Part shown: piece by piece, positions 27,779 through 37,445 of the stretch
How positions within the stretch are numbered: position 1 is the stretch's first letter
Layout: the number at the start of each line of letters is the position of its first letter
Assembly (NCBI GenBank): GCA_018818965.1
Contig: JAHJQX010000024.1
Location: forward strand, 6,105 to 70,104
Source: Patescibacteria group bacterium
Lineage (GTDB): Bacteria > Patescibacteriota > JABMPQ01
Direction: 5' to 3'
DNA length: 64,000 nucleotides
Made by a program: the position numbers and the translations under genes
Notes under the pieces: model-generated
Told to the model about the DNA's origin: nothing
Databases searched by the model: none
The model's input: only the letters and a program-made list of their open reading frames with translations

Positions 27779-29341
27779 TTGGACAGCTCCAGAGACAGAA
27801 AGGTAAATAAAATGACAACAATAGCAGTCGTCGTAATCGCCGTCGTTTTTTTGGTTAGTGGCGGTTTGGTTGGTTATGTGGTACGTAAAAGTATTGCTAA
27901 CCGCAAAAAAGAAAATGCTGAGGCCAAAGTAGAAAAAATCCTTAGCGATGCTAAAAACAAGAGTAAAGAAATCTTACTGGCCGCGAAAGATGAAGCTCTT
28001 AAAGTCATCGAAACAGCTAAAAAGGAGGAGAAAGAGCGGCGCGATAAACTCATCAGTCTAGAGGAACGAGTGAGTACTCGGGAGAAAAATTTTGACCAGA
28101 AGCTTGATCAGCTTGAGCAAAGACAAAAACAACTAGATAGTGAAGAAAATAACATCCAAAAAACCAAGCAAGAATTAGGCGAAATCAGAAAAAAGCAAAT
28201 CGCTACTCTAGAAAAAGTAGCCAAGCTCACCCAAGACAAGGCCAAAGATGTGTTGTTGGAAATGGTGGAAAAGGACATGAAAGACGACATTTTGGCCCGG
28301 ATGAACAAGCTGAAGAAAATAGGACAAGAGGAGGCGGATAAAAAAGCTCGAGAAATTATCGCGTCTACTATCGATCGCATGGCTGCCAGTCAAGCAGCCG
28401 AATCCACGACCACTACTATCAGCCTCCCTTCAGATGAAATGAAGGGTCGTATCATTGGCCGCGAAGGTCGTAATATCAAACGGATCGAGGAGATGACTGG
28501 GGCCGAGATTATTGTCGACGACACCCCCCAGGCTATCGTTATTTCCGGTTTTAGTCCCGTTCGCCGGCAGATTGCTAAGCGAGCTTTGGAAACATTAATC
28601 GCCGATGGCCGCATCCACCCCACTAAAATTGAAGAAGCTATTAATAAAGCTAAGCAGGAATTAGGCAAAGAAATTAAAGAGACAGGTGAAGAAGCTGTTT
28701 TTGATCTCGGTATCGCTGATTTCGAGCCTAAGCTTGTTCAGTTGATTGGCCGACTCAAATTCCGTACTAGTTACGGACAGAACGTACTAATGCACTCGAT
28801 CGAAGTAGCAAACTTTGCTGCTTTAATAGCCGAAGAGTTGGGCGCCAACGTATCACTGGCTAAAAAAGCTGGCCTACTCCATGATATCGGTAAGGCTGTT
28901 GATCATGACGTCGAAGGCACCCATATTGAAATCGGTAAAACCATCTTGAAAAAATTTGGCGTTTCGGAAGATGTTATTCATGCCATGGAATGTCACCACG
29001 GTGACTTCGAACCACAAAGTGTGGAAGCTTTCATTGTTAAAGCCGCTGATGGCATTTCTGGTGCTCGTCCCGGAGCACGTAAAGACACTTTCGAGAAGTA
29101 TATCAAGCGCCTAGAAGACCTAGAAAATATTGCCAACAATATGGATGGGGTAGAAAAAACTTACGCCATTCAGGCCGGACGCGAGATTAGAGTTTTCGTC
29201 ACGCCAGATAAGGTAGACGACTTAGAAGCCGTCAAACTAGCTAAGAAAATCGCCGAGCAGGTTGAGGCCGAACTAAAATATCCGGGTGAAATTAGAGTAA
29301 ATGTGATTCGGGAGACACGAGCGATTGAGTATGCGCGGTAA
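27779..29341 (+). CDS. rny: Ribonuclease Y
   Basis: N-terminal TM, long coiled-coil, KH domain (GRIIGREGRNIKRIE) and HD domain (LLHDIGKAVDH…HH). Confidence 0.85.
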   Translation: MDSSRDRKVNKMTTIAVVVIAVVFLVSGGLVGYVVRKSIANRKKENAEAKVEKILSDAKNKSKEILLAAKDEALKVIETAKKEEKERRDKLISLEERVSTREKNFDQKLDQLEQRQKQLDSEENNIQKTKQELGEIRKKQIATLEKVAKLTQDKAKDVLLEMVEKDMKDDILARMNKLKKIGQEEADKKAREIIASTIDRMAASQAAESTTTTISLPSDEMKGRIIGREGRNIKRIEEMTGAEIIVDDTPQAIVISGFSPVRRQIAKRALETLIADGRIHPTKIEEAINKAKQELGKEIKETGEEAVFDLGIADFEPKLVQLIGRLKFRTSYGQNVLMHSIEVANFAALIAEELGANVSLAKKAGLLHDIGKAVDHDVEGTHIEIGKTILKKFGVSEDVIHAMECHHGDFEPQSVEAFIVKAADGISGARPGARKDTFEKYIKRLEDLENIANNMDGVEKTYAIQAGREIRVFVTPDKVDDLEAVKLAKKIAEQVEAELKYPGEIRVNVIRETRAIEYAR

Positions 29342-29368
29342 TATCTAGTTCAAGATAAGGGGGGGACA

Positions 29369-30919
29369 ATGGTAACCAAAAATCCACTATCTCTGCTCGA
29401 CGCTGGGCAGCTTGAAGCTGTCACCGCGCGCAATCAACACATATTGTGTTTGGCCGGCGCTGGCTCGGGCAAAACACGGGTGCTCACTACCCGTGTTTTT
29501 TATTTGGTCAATAAATTGCGGGTGCGGCCAGAGAATATTTTGGCGATTACTTTTACCAAAAATGCGGCCACCGAAATGGTTGAACGCCTGGGTACACTCG
29601 GCATCAACACCGACCAGCTTTGGTGCCGCACTTTTCACAGTGCTTGTTATAAAATCCTGCGGGAGAGTGATGGCGGTAGGCAACTTAACATCATCGACGA
29701 AGCTACGCAGGAGCGTGCCCTGAAAAAATGCCTAGCTGACCTCAGTCAGCAAGCGGAGTTTGGTTACCGATTAGCCCAATTTTTAGAAGAAAACAATTGG
29801 CCATTATATCTCTTTGCCGGGGAAGTAAACAGAGCCATTCACGAATGTAAAAATTATTCCGTAACGCCAGCGGAGATACACCGCCGCTGTCACCAAATTG
29901 AGGACGAAGATATCAAAGAATTTTATCAATTATTTGGCGTGATTTTTGCCACCTACCAGAATTACCTAGCAATAAGACACGAAATGGACTTCTCCGATTT
30001 AATTAGTAAGGTTTTAACGACGCTACAGACCGACCGCCGGGCACGAGAAAAATACCAAAACAAATTCAAATACATTCTAGTCGATGAGTTCCAGGACGTT
30101 AATCACGGACAGGTGCAGTTACTTGATCTACTCAAGGGTTGCCACAGCAAACTCTTTGCCGTCGGTGACGATTGGCAAGCAATCTACGGCTGGCGAGGCG
30201 GGGACGTAAAATATATCTTGCGCTTTAAGAAAAATTATCAGCAAGATTGTCGTCAGATCATCTTACCTTTTAATTATCGCAGCGACGGCAACATCGTCCA
30301 GGCCGCCAGTAAGTGTATCGGCCGCAATCACCAGCAGTGTCGCAAGAAAATAAAGTCATTTCACTCCGCCGTCACCAAAATTAAAATTTTCCGGGGAGAA
30401 AATGGTGAAAGTTGTCACGCATTTGTGCTAAAGGAGATCGCGGCGCTGATCCAAAGTGGCGCGCAACCAAAAAACATCATGATCCTGGGTAGAAATTGGA
30501 AACATGTAGATTTTTTTATCGAGCAATTTTCTAAAAATTCAGTTCCCAAGCTTGTCGAGGAACCAAATTTTGACACCCCGCAAAGTAATCCTTCGACAGG
30601 CTCAGGATTTACTAAAAATCCTAATAGTCAAGACATCAATATCACCACCATCCACAGCGCCAAGGGACTGGAATGCGACTTTGTTTTCTTGGTTGGTCTA
30701 CACCGCGGGCGGGGTGGCTTTCCCAATATCAAAGAGGACCACGAGCTGCGCAAAATAATTAAGGAAACAACTCGCCCGGAGCGCCTAGCGGAAGAACGCC
30801 GCTGTTTCTATGTGGCTATCACTAGAGCAAAAAATAAACTATATCTGGTGACGGAGAAAAATAATGAGTCGATTTTCATCAAAGAAGTGCCGCGGCGGTT
30901 TTGTGAACATTCTCCCTAG
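29369..30919 (+). CDS. UvrD/Rep/PcrA-family superfamily-1 DNA helicase, short form (516 aa), Cys-rich
   Basis: Motif I GAGSGKTRVL, motif II LVDEFQDVN, motif III GDDWQAIYGWRGG, motif IV NYRS, motif V/VI TIHSAKGLECDFVFLVG. Lacks the long 2B/C-terminal region of canonical UvrD. Confidence 0.7.
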   Translation: MVTKNPLSLLDAGQLEAVTARNQHILCLAGAGSGKTRVLTTRVFYLVNKLRVRPENILAITFTKNAATEMVERLGTLGINTDQLWCRTFHSACYKILRESDGGRQLNIIDEATQERALKKCLADLSQQAEFGYRLAQFLEENNWPLYLFAGEVNRAIHECKNYSVTPAEIHRRCHQIEDEDIKEFYQLFGVIFATYQNYLAIRHEMDFSDLISKVLTTLQTDRRAREKYQNKFKYILVDEFQDVNHGQVQLLDLLKGCHSKLFAVGDDWQAIYGWRGGDVKYILRFKKNYQQDCRQIILPFNYRSDGNIVQAASKCIGRNHQQCRKKIKSFHSAVTKIKIFRGENGESCHAFVLKEIAALIQSGAQPKNIMILGRNWKHVDFFIEQFSKNSVPKLVEEPNFDTPQSNPSTGSGFTKNPNSQDINITTIHSAKGLECDFVFLVGLHRGRGGFPNIKEDHELRKIIKETTRPERLAEERRCFYVAITRAKNKLYLVTEKNNESIFIKEVPRRFCEHSP

Positions 30920-30993
30920 ACTCTACCCCCTTCAATAAGGTATAATGCACGTTAAATAATCGGGAGGTCGTTTTTTAAACTAATCTAAAAACT

Positions 30994-33450
30994 ATGCCTC
31001 AAGTAGCTCGAGACAAAAAAAACATTCTCTGGTTCCGGGAAATCGGTAATAAAGATGTCGGCCTCGTGGGTGGCAAGAATGCCTCGCTCGGTGAGATGTA
31101 CAACAACCTCCGGCGCAAAGGCGTCCAAGTGCCAAATGGATTTGCCATCACCGCCCACGCTTATCGTCATTTTCTGGAAAGTGCTGGAATTACTAAAAAG
31201 ATTGAGAATATTCTTAAAGGACTCGATACCACTAACCTCAAGCAATTAGCCGAGAGGGGTTATCGAGTGCGCGAGACAATCCTCGGGGCTGAGATACCTA
31301 AGGATTTAGAAGAAGAGATTTCTCAGGCCTACCACAAATTAAGCAAAGAAGCGAAACGAAGCTATTTAGATGTAGCTGTGCGCAGCTCGGCCACCGCTGA
31401 AGATCTGCCCGACGCTTCATTCGCTGGCCAACAAGAGACCTTCTTAAATATTAAGGGTGAATACGAAGTTATTCTCGCTACCAAGCGTTGTATGGCTTCT
31501 CTGTTCACTAATCGAGCCATCTCTTACCGTGAAGATAAGGGATTTGATCACTTTGATCTCGCTCTCTCAGTAGTAGTTCAGCGAATGGTGCGCTCTGATG
31601 AAGCCGTTTCTGGAGTAATGTTCTCAATCGACACTGAGTCGGGCTTTCAAAACGCCATCCTGATCAACGCTTCCTATGGCCTGGGTGAGATGGTAGTCCA
31701 GGGTAAAGTTGACCCCGATGAATTTTATGTCTTCAAGCCGACACTGCTAGAAGGAGTTAGTCTCAAGAAAAAAGCTAAAAAAGGCTTATGGTTTAAATAC
31801 GCGCCAATTGTCGGCAAGACTCTGGGTTCCAAAAAGATCAAAATGATCTACTCTCCGGAAGGAGCGGAAAGCGTTCGAGAAGTTCCTACTCTACCCAGTG
31901 AACAAAAAGTGTTTTGCCTCAAGGAGCGCGATGCTCTTCAGCTCGCCTACTGGGCTTGCCTGATCGAAGATTATTATGGCAAGCCAATGGATATCGAGTG
32001 GGCGCTCGATGGTTTAACTGGCGAATTTTACATTGTCCAAGCCCGACCAGAGACAATTCACTCGCAGGACAACAAGAAAATTCTCGAAGAATACAAATTA
32101 TCAAAGAGGGGAAAAATTATTGCTGAGGGCGTTAGTGTTGGTTCCAAAATTGGTGCTGGTAAAGCCCGGCTAATCAAAAATGCTTCTGAGATTGGTAAAT
32201 TTAAAAAAGACGAGGTGCTAATTACTGAGATCACTGACCCCGACTGGGAACCAATTATGAAGATAGCTTCGGCCATAGTGACTAACTCGGGTGGACGGAC
32301 TTCTCACGCTGCTATTGTCTCCCGTGAACTGGGTATACCCTGTGTCGTTGGCACCCAAAACGCTACCCAGACCATTAAATCTGGCCAAGAAATCACTGCT
32401 TCTTGCGCCGAGGGTGAGCGAGGCTACGTCTATGAAGGTAAAATACCCTTCAAGATAGATCGCACTGATCTATCCAAGCTTAAACCAACCAAAGTAAAGC
32501 TGATGCAGATCGTAGCTGACCCTTCAATGGTGTTCGACTACGCCCAAATTCCTAATTCTGGTGTTGGTCTCGCCCGCGAGGAAATGATTATTCTCAATCA
32601 TATCAAAATCCATCCCCTCGCCTTGATACATTTCGATAAAGTCAAAGATAGCGAAACCCGCGAGAAAATAAAAGAACTAACCTACGGCTGGAAAAGCCGC
32701 GAAGAGTTTTACGTTAAAAAACTGGCGGAGGGTGTTGGCCGGATTGTAGCCGCCTACTGGCCTAATCCCGTAATCGTTCGTTTAGCTGATTTCAAAAGTA
32801 ACGAGTACGCTAATTTGATTGGCGGTAAATATTTTGAGCCACACGAAGAAAACCCAATGCTTGGTTGGCGCGGCGCTAGTCGATTTTATTCAGAAAAATA
32901 TAAAGCGGCTTTTGCCCTGGAATGTGAAGCGTTGCGGATCGTGCGCGAAGAAATGGGACTTATGAACATGTGGCTGATGGTACCTTTCTGCCGTACCCCT
33001 GAGGAAGGCAAAGAAGTATTGAAACTGATTGATAAATTCGGCCTCAAACGGGGTAGTGGTAAAGATCGTCTAAAGATCATCGCTATGTGTGAAATCCCAT
33101 CCAATGTGCTACTCGCTGATGAATTCCTGAAAATATTCGATGGTTTCTCGATTGGTTCTAACGACTTGACTCAGCTTACTCTTGGTCTTGATCGAGATTC
33201 CAGTCTGGTTGCTCATATTTACGACGAACGTAATCCAGCTATTAAGCAATTGCTGGCTATGGCGATTAAAGCAGCCAAAAAAGCGAAAAAATATATCGGC
33301 ATCTGTGGCCAAGCTCCGTCTGACTTCCCCGAGATCGCTGAGTTCTTGGTCGATCAAGGCATCGATAGTATGGCTCTTACCCCCGACAGCGTTATGAAGA
33401 CAATGGTTAATATCTCCAAGTACGAGGAAAAAAAGCGGAAGAAAAAATAG
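30994..33450 (+). CDS. ppsA: Phosphoenolpyruvate synthase (pyruvate, water dikinase)
   Basis: 818 aa. N-terminal ATP-grasp region, the phosphohistidine mobile domain GGRTSHAAIVSRELGIPCVVG, and a C-terminal PEP-utilising TIM barrel. Confidence 0.85.
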   Translation: MPQVARDKKNILWFREIGNKDVGLVGGKNASLGEMYNNLRRKGVQVPNGFAITAHAYRHFLESAGITKKIENILKGLDTTNLKQLAERGYRVRETILGAEIPKDLEEEISQAYHKLSKEAKRSYLDVAVRSSATAEDLPDASFAGQQETFLNIKGEYEVILATKRCMASLFTNRAISYREDKGFDHFDLALSVVVQRMVRSDEAVSGVMFSIDTESGFQNAILINASYGLGEMVVQGKVDPDEFYVFKPTLLEGVSLKKKAKKGLWFKYAPIVGKTLGSKKIKMIYSPEGAESVREVPTLPSEQKVFCLKERDALQLAYWACLIEDYYGKPMDIEWALDGLTGEFYIVQARPETIHSQDNKKILEEYKLSKRGKIIAEGVSVGSKIGAGKARLIKNASEIGKFKKDEVLITEITDPDWEPIMKIASAIVTNSGGRTSHAAIVSRELGIPCVVGTQNATQTIKSGQEITASCAEGERGYVYEGKIPFKIDRTDLSKLKPTKVKLMQIVADPSMVFDYAQIPNSGVGLAREEMIILNHIKIHPLALIHFDKVKDSETREKIKELTYGWKSREEFYVKKLAEGVGRIVAAYWPNPVIVRLADFKSNEYANLIGGKYFEPHEENPMLGWRGASRFYSEKYKAAFALECEALRIVREEMGLMNMWLMVPFCRTPEEGKEVLKLIDKFGLKRGSGKDRLKIIAMCEIPSNVLLADEFLKIFDGFSIGSNDLTQLTLGLDRDSSLVAHIYDERNPAIKQLLAMAIKAAKKAKKYIGICGQAPSDFPEIAEFLVDQGIDSMALTPDSVMKTMVNISKYEEKKRKKK

Positions 33451-33463
33451 CGAACCCCGGTGC

Positions 33464-33497
33464 AAAAAGAGCCTACCAATCGGTAGGCTCTTTGTTT
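33464..33497. terminator. Bidirectional terminator between ppsA and the convergent membrane-protein gene
   Basis: AGAGCCTACC-aatc-GGTAGGCTCT followed by TTGTTT, with an A-run upstream. Confidence 0.5.
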
Positions 33498-33517
33498 AAA
33501 TAAATATTTTCTTTTGA

Positions 33518-33997
33518 TTAATGACCAACTTGATAAACCAGATGACCAACATAGTGCGAACTTATTATAACTACCAATGCTATCGCCAAATGTTCTGCTA
33601 CTACTTTCCAGGTTGACTCCTCTTTATTTTGTAAGGCCGTATAATAACTAAAACAAGCAATTAGTAGCAACCCCCAGATTATACTGACAATAATGGCTGG
33701 TGTAAGCGATAACAGCAAGACAGGGGCCACAAAACTAAGAGCCACGATTAATTTAGAAAAAAAGGTAGCTAGCGTCGCCTCCCATATTTCTCTAGTACTA
33801 TGCGCATTCTCCGACTCCTCTGATATATGAATACCAAGCGCATCCGACATCCCATCAGCCAAAGCAATTACCACCACACCGCCAATCACCGCTGCTATCG
33901 ATTGAGTGCTAGAGCTCAGTCCTACCATTAGACCAAGAGTGGTAATAACTCCTGAAGCTAAACCGAAACCTAAGCCTTTTTTAATTGATGTTTTCAT
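33518..33997 (-). CDS. Integral membrane protein, possibly VIT1/CCC1-family-like
   Basis: 159 aa, 4-5 TM. Segments such as GLASGVITTLGLMVGL resemble VIT-family C-terminal halves. Weak assignment. Confidence 0.35.
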   Translation of the reverse strand: MKTSIKKGLGFGLASGVITTLGLMVGLSSSTQSIAAVIGGVVVIALADGMSDALGIHISEESENAHSTREIWEATLATFFSKLIVALSFVAPVLLLSLTPAIIVSIIWGLLLIACFSYYTALQNKEESTWKVVAEHLAIALVVIISSHYVGHLVYQVGH

Positions 33998-34255
33998 TTA
34001 TTTCTTATAAATATATTTAACCCAGAGCTTCTTTAAAAACGGCAACGTCAAAGTCGATAGCATAAACGCTGCTGCTGGCACAATTGCGTTAAGCCAAGGT
34101 CTTTCGATATCAATCGCCCAGAGATATATCCCGATTGCTAAATAGGTAGAAGTTATCAGAATAATTTTGCGCGAGTAGGAAAGTTCCCAGGCTTTACCCG
34201 CTTCTACTTTTTTATTCCTTTGTTTTAGTTCTTCGATTTCTTTTTCAATGTTCAT
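33998..34255 (-). CDS. Small 2-TM membrane protein
   Basis: 85 aa. Hydrophobic segments LITSTYLAIGIYLWAI and AIVPAAAFMLSTLTL. Confidence 0.3.
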   Translation of the reverse strand: MNIEKEIEELKQRNKKVEAGKAWELSYSRKIILITSTYLAIGIYLWAIDIERPWLNAIVPAAAFMLSTLTLPFLKKLWVKYIYKK

Positions 34256-35274
34256 GATTTTTTATTGATAAACTCTAATTTCTTTAACAATTCATGAAAC
34301 CCTCTAATTAAATCTTGACGCGCGTAGCACTCCGCTGACGTCACCCATAAATAATCTTGATGCTCCGTCGGACTATAAGTAATTTCTACTGGCTCATCCA
34401 GCACCGTCCGATAAGTCGGTAGAATCAAAAATATATCATCATAGTCCCAAGTAAAAGCTCCCAGAAATTCTAACCTTTCGGGAGCAACTTTAAAACCTAC
34501 TTCTTCCTCTATTTCCCTAACTACGGCCAATTTATCGCTTTCCCCAATATCTACCTTGCCTGCTGCTAGCCCCCAGGTATCTCCTTGCGGCTTCTCCGGA
34601 TGACGATGAAGAATTAAAAACTTACCATCATATTCGATAAAACAAGCCGCGGTACGAACAATTTCCTTGTCGTTTTTAATTGTCAAATCAATAATCTTCT
34701 CAAATTCAGCGAAATCCTTATATAAATACCCCGCTAATCCAAACTCCTGAGCCACTTCGATGTTGTCCTGATCATTATCCCAGTACATAATTTCATTTTT
34801 CTCGACACCATTTCCTCCCACAGTTTCGTAAACTTTCCGCCAAAAACGCTTATCCGTTTTTTCGCAGCCAATGTCCGCCGAAGAAAAAATTTCAGCAAAC
34901 AATTTGCCAAACCCCATCTCCTCTCGCAAATACTCTGTGCGATATTTTTCATTGTCAGTAGCTAGATAGCATTTTATGTCTTGCGATTGTAGCTCCTTTA
35001 TTTTTTCTATCATTTTCTGGTCAACATGATGCTCAGCCTTAAACCAGTATTGCAAAAACTCATCAACTGACCCCGTCCATTTCCACTTGGGCAAAAATGG
35101 CTTTAGCTCCTCTTTGATATCAGCTCGACCCACTTTGCAATCAGCAAACACACCATTAAAAAACGGGAGCATCTCGTCCGCTGAGATGCCAAATTCTTTA
35201 CAATATTGGATGCTGAACATTTCGGATTTGATTACTACCCCATCGGCATCGAAAATTATGTCTTTCACGCTCAT
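34252..35274 (-). CDS. HAD-like hydrolase :: NUDIX hydrolase fusion protein
   Basis: The preferred start is the internal ATG (MSVKDIIFDADG, HAD motif I). The ORF-track extension to 35604 overlaps the divergent cutA and is rejected. C-terminal NUDIX box GKVDIGESDKLAVVREIEEEVG. Confidence 0.6.
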   Translation of the reverse strand: MSVKDIIFDADGVVIKSEMFSIQYCKEFGISADEMLPFFNGVFADCKVGRADIKEELKPFLPKWKWTGSVDEFLQYWFKAEHHVDQKMIEKIKELQSQDIKCYLATDNEKYRTEYLREEMGFGKLFAEIFSSADIGCEKTDKRFWRKVYETVGGNGVEKNEIMYWDNDQDNIEVAQEFGLAGYLYKDFAEFEKIIDLTIKNDKEIVRTAACFIEYDGKFLILHRHPEKPQGDTWGLAAGKVDIGESDKLAVVREIEEEVGFKVAPERLEFLGAFTWDYDDIFLILPTYRTVLDEPVEITYSPTEHQDYLWVTSAECYARQDLIRGFHELLKKLEFINKKS

Positions 35275-35304
35275 ATGATATAATTCAATATAATAATCAA
35301 AACT

Positions 35305-35619
35305 ATGAACCACATTTTCATTTACATCACTAATCCTAGCAAAACAGTCGCTAAAAAAATAGCGAAAATGCTGTTGCAAAAAAAGCTTATTGCCTGCGCG
35401 AACATTTTTCCTATCGATAGTATGTACTGGTGGCAGGGTAAAATAGTCGAAGAAAGAGAATTTACTCTTCTGGGCAAAACAGCAGACAAGTATTTTCCTG
35501 CTATCAAAAGAGAAATAAAAGCCATTCACCCCTATAAAATCCCTTGCATCACTAAAATAGCGGCTGAACCTAACCAAAAATACCAAAAATGGCTCTCTGG
35601 CCAACTAGAAAAGCCCTAG
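35305..35619 (+). CDS. cutA: Divalent-cation tolerance protein CutA
   Basis: 104 aa with CutA1-like core (IACANIFPIDSMYWWQGKI…). Confidence 0.7.
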   Translation: MNHIFIYITNPSKTVAKKIAKMLLQKKLIACANIFPIDSMYWWQGKIVEEREFTLLGKTADKYFPAIKREIKAIHPYKIPCITKIAAEPNQKYQKWLSGQLEKP

Positions 35620-35704
35620 CCAAACCTTATTTTTTATGCTATAATAAAGCAAATTTCGCAAATACAATTCCATTTATAAAAATTAAAACAAAAAACAACT
35701 CCAG

Positions 35705-37438
35705 ATGCTTCTAGATATTAAAAAACTCAAAATAAGTTTAGTTGAGAAGGGTTTAATTAATTCCCACGATTTTGATGTGCTTGTAGCCAAAGCAACCAAA
35801 GAAAAAAAGGAGATTACTGACATATTGCTGTCAGAAAACATCGTTACTGAAGAAAATTTATACCAAGAATTATCCCGCCAAATTAAAATACCTTTCGTTG
35901 ATTTGTCAAAAACTATTATCCGTAAGGATATCTTGTTTCAAATTCCGGAATTAATCGCTAAAAAGCATGAAATTATTGCTTTTTCCGAAGACGAAACTGG
36001 TCTCGGGGTCGCCATGACCAATCCCGAAGATTTACAGACAATAGAGTCCATCAAAAAAAAGGTTGGTAAACACATCGAGCCTTATGTAGCCAGTAAAGGT
36101 GATATTTTTTCGGCTCTCAAACAATATCGTCGCGGACTACGCCAAGAGTTCAAAGATATTATTGATCAAAGTTTGGCCATTTCACGGACTGCAAGTGACG
36201 ATGACCTAGAAAAACTAGCAGAAAATCTCCCTATTGTCCGAATCGTTAATACTTTGATTGACCATGCTATTTTACAAAACGCCAGCGATATCCACATCGA
36301 GCCTCTGGAAAAGAATGTGATCATCAGATTCCGGATAGACGGCATTTTACATGACGTTATTGTTCTACCTAAAGAAATTCTAGCCGGAATTGTCGCGCGT
36401 ATTAAGGTACTAGCTAATTTAAAAATTGACGAACACCGTCTACCGCAAGACGGACGTTTCAAGATAGAAAAAGATGAACAGAAAATTTCTTTCCGGGTTT
36501 CTATTATCCCAATATTCGACGGCGAGAAAGTGGTAACCCGCCTCTTGGTCGAATCAGGGCGTATTTTATCTTTAGAAGAGCTGGGCTTTCAGAGTTCTGC
36601 CCTTGCGATAACCAAAAGAAACGTTAACAAGCCAAACGGCCTTATCTTAGTTACTGGTCCGACTGGTTCTGGTAAAACCACCACTCTCTACTCGATCATG
36701 AATATGCTCAATACGACCGAAGTTAATATTGCCACTATCGAAGATCCCATCGAATATCGAATGCCTCGTATCAACCAAAGTCAGGTTAAGCCTAAAATCG
36801 GTTTTACTTTCTCCACCGGACTGCGGTCTCTAGTGCGTCAAGATCCAGATATTATTATGGTCGGTGAAATCCGCGACGAAGAGACAGTTGAAATGGCTAT
36901 TCATTCAGCCCTAACTGGTCATTTAGTTCTCTCTACTCTACACACCATGAGTGCTGCCGGGGCTCCTCCTCGTTTGATCGATATGAAAGCCAAGCCTTTT
37001 CTGGTAGCTTCTACTTTGAATCTAATTATCGCTCAACGATTGGTTCGACGTATTTGTAAAAACTGCCGTGAAGAATACAAACTCGATGCAAAAAAGATCG
37101 CCATACTAGAAAAAGAATTTGATATGGAGAAAATAATGCCAGCGTTGTTACAAGAAAAGGTAATTACTGCAAAGAAGCCATTATCTGAACTAACTTTTTA
37201 CCGGGGCAAGGGCTGTGAGCACTGCAATTTGCAGGGTTACAAGGGACGAACAGGAATTTACGAAACATTAGAAACAACCGAAACTATTAAAGACTTAATT
37301 GTAGACTCAGCGCCCACAGAAAAAATTCAAGCTCAGGCTGTGTCCGAAGGGATGATTACTATGCTTCAGGATGGCTTTATCAAAGCTTTATTAGGATTTA
37401 CTACTATTGACGAAATATTACGAGTCACCAAAGAATAA
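35705..37438 (+). CDS. pilB: Type IV pilus assembly ATPase PilB (GspE family)
   Basis: N-terminal T2SSE_N-like domain; Walker A LVTGPTGSGKTTT, Asp box, His box, tetra-Cys (CKNC…CEHC). TATAAT about 60 nt upstream. Confidence 0.85.
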   Translation: MLLDIKKLKISLVEKGLINSHDFDVLVAKATKEKKEITDILLSENIVTEENLYQELSRQIKIPFVDLSKTIIRKDILFQIPELIAKKHEIIAFSEDETGLGVAMTNPEDLQTIESIKKKVGKHIEPYVASKGDIFSALKQYRRGLRQEFKDIIDQSLAISRTASDDDLEKLAENLPIVRIVNTLIDHAILQNASDIHIEPLEKNVIIRFRIDGILHDVIVLPKEILAGIVARIKVLANLKIDEHRLPQDGRFKIEKDEQKISFRVSIIPIFDGEKVVTRLLVESGRILSLEELGFQSSALAITKRNVNKPNGLILVTGPTGSGKTTTLYSIMNMLNTTEVNIATIEDPIEYRMPRINQSQVKPKIGFTFSTGLRSLVRQDPDIIMVGEIRDEETVEMAIHSALTGHLVLSTLHTMSAAGAPPRLIDMKAKPFLVASTLNLIIAQRLVRRICKNCREEYKLDAKKIAILEKEFDMEKIMPALLQEKVITAKKPLSELTFYRGKGCEHCNLQGYKGRTGIYETLETTETIKDLIVDSAPTEKIQAQAVSEGMITMLQDGFIKALLGFTTIDEILRVTKE

Positions 37439-37445
37439 CTAGAAA

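Noticed and set aside
27176-27780. Possible decayed ClpB D2 domain or structured ncRNA (tmRNA, SRP RNA or RNase P RNA) in the 600-bp gap
   Set aside because: All frames were translated and there is no Walker A or other D2-like sequence. No conserved tmRNA, 4.5S or RNase-P motifs were seen. The space is better explained by a 56-aa minus-strand membrane ORF plus a divergent promoter region.
35275-35604. 110-aa N-terminal extension of the HAD-NUDIX ORF
   Set aside because: It overlaps the divergent cutA gene and is Phe/Ser-rich junk. HAD motif I starts right at the internal Met.
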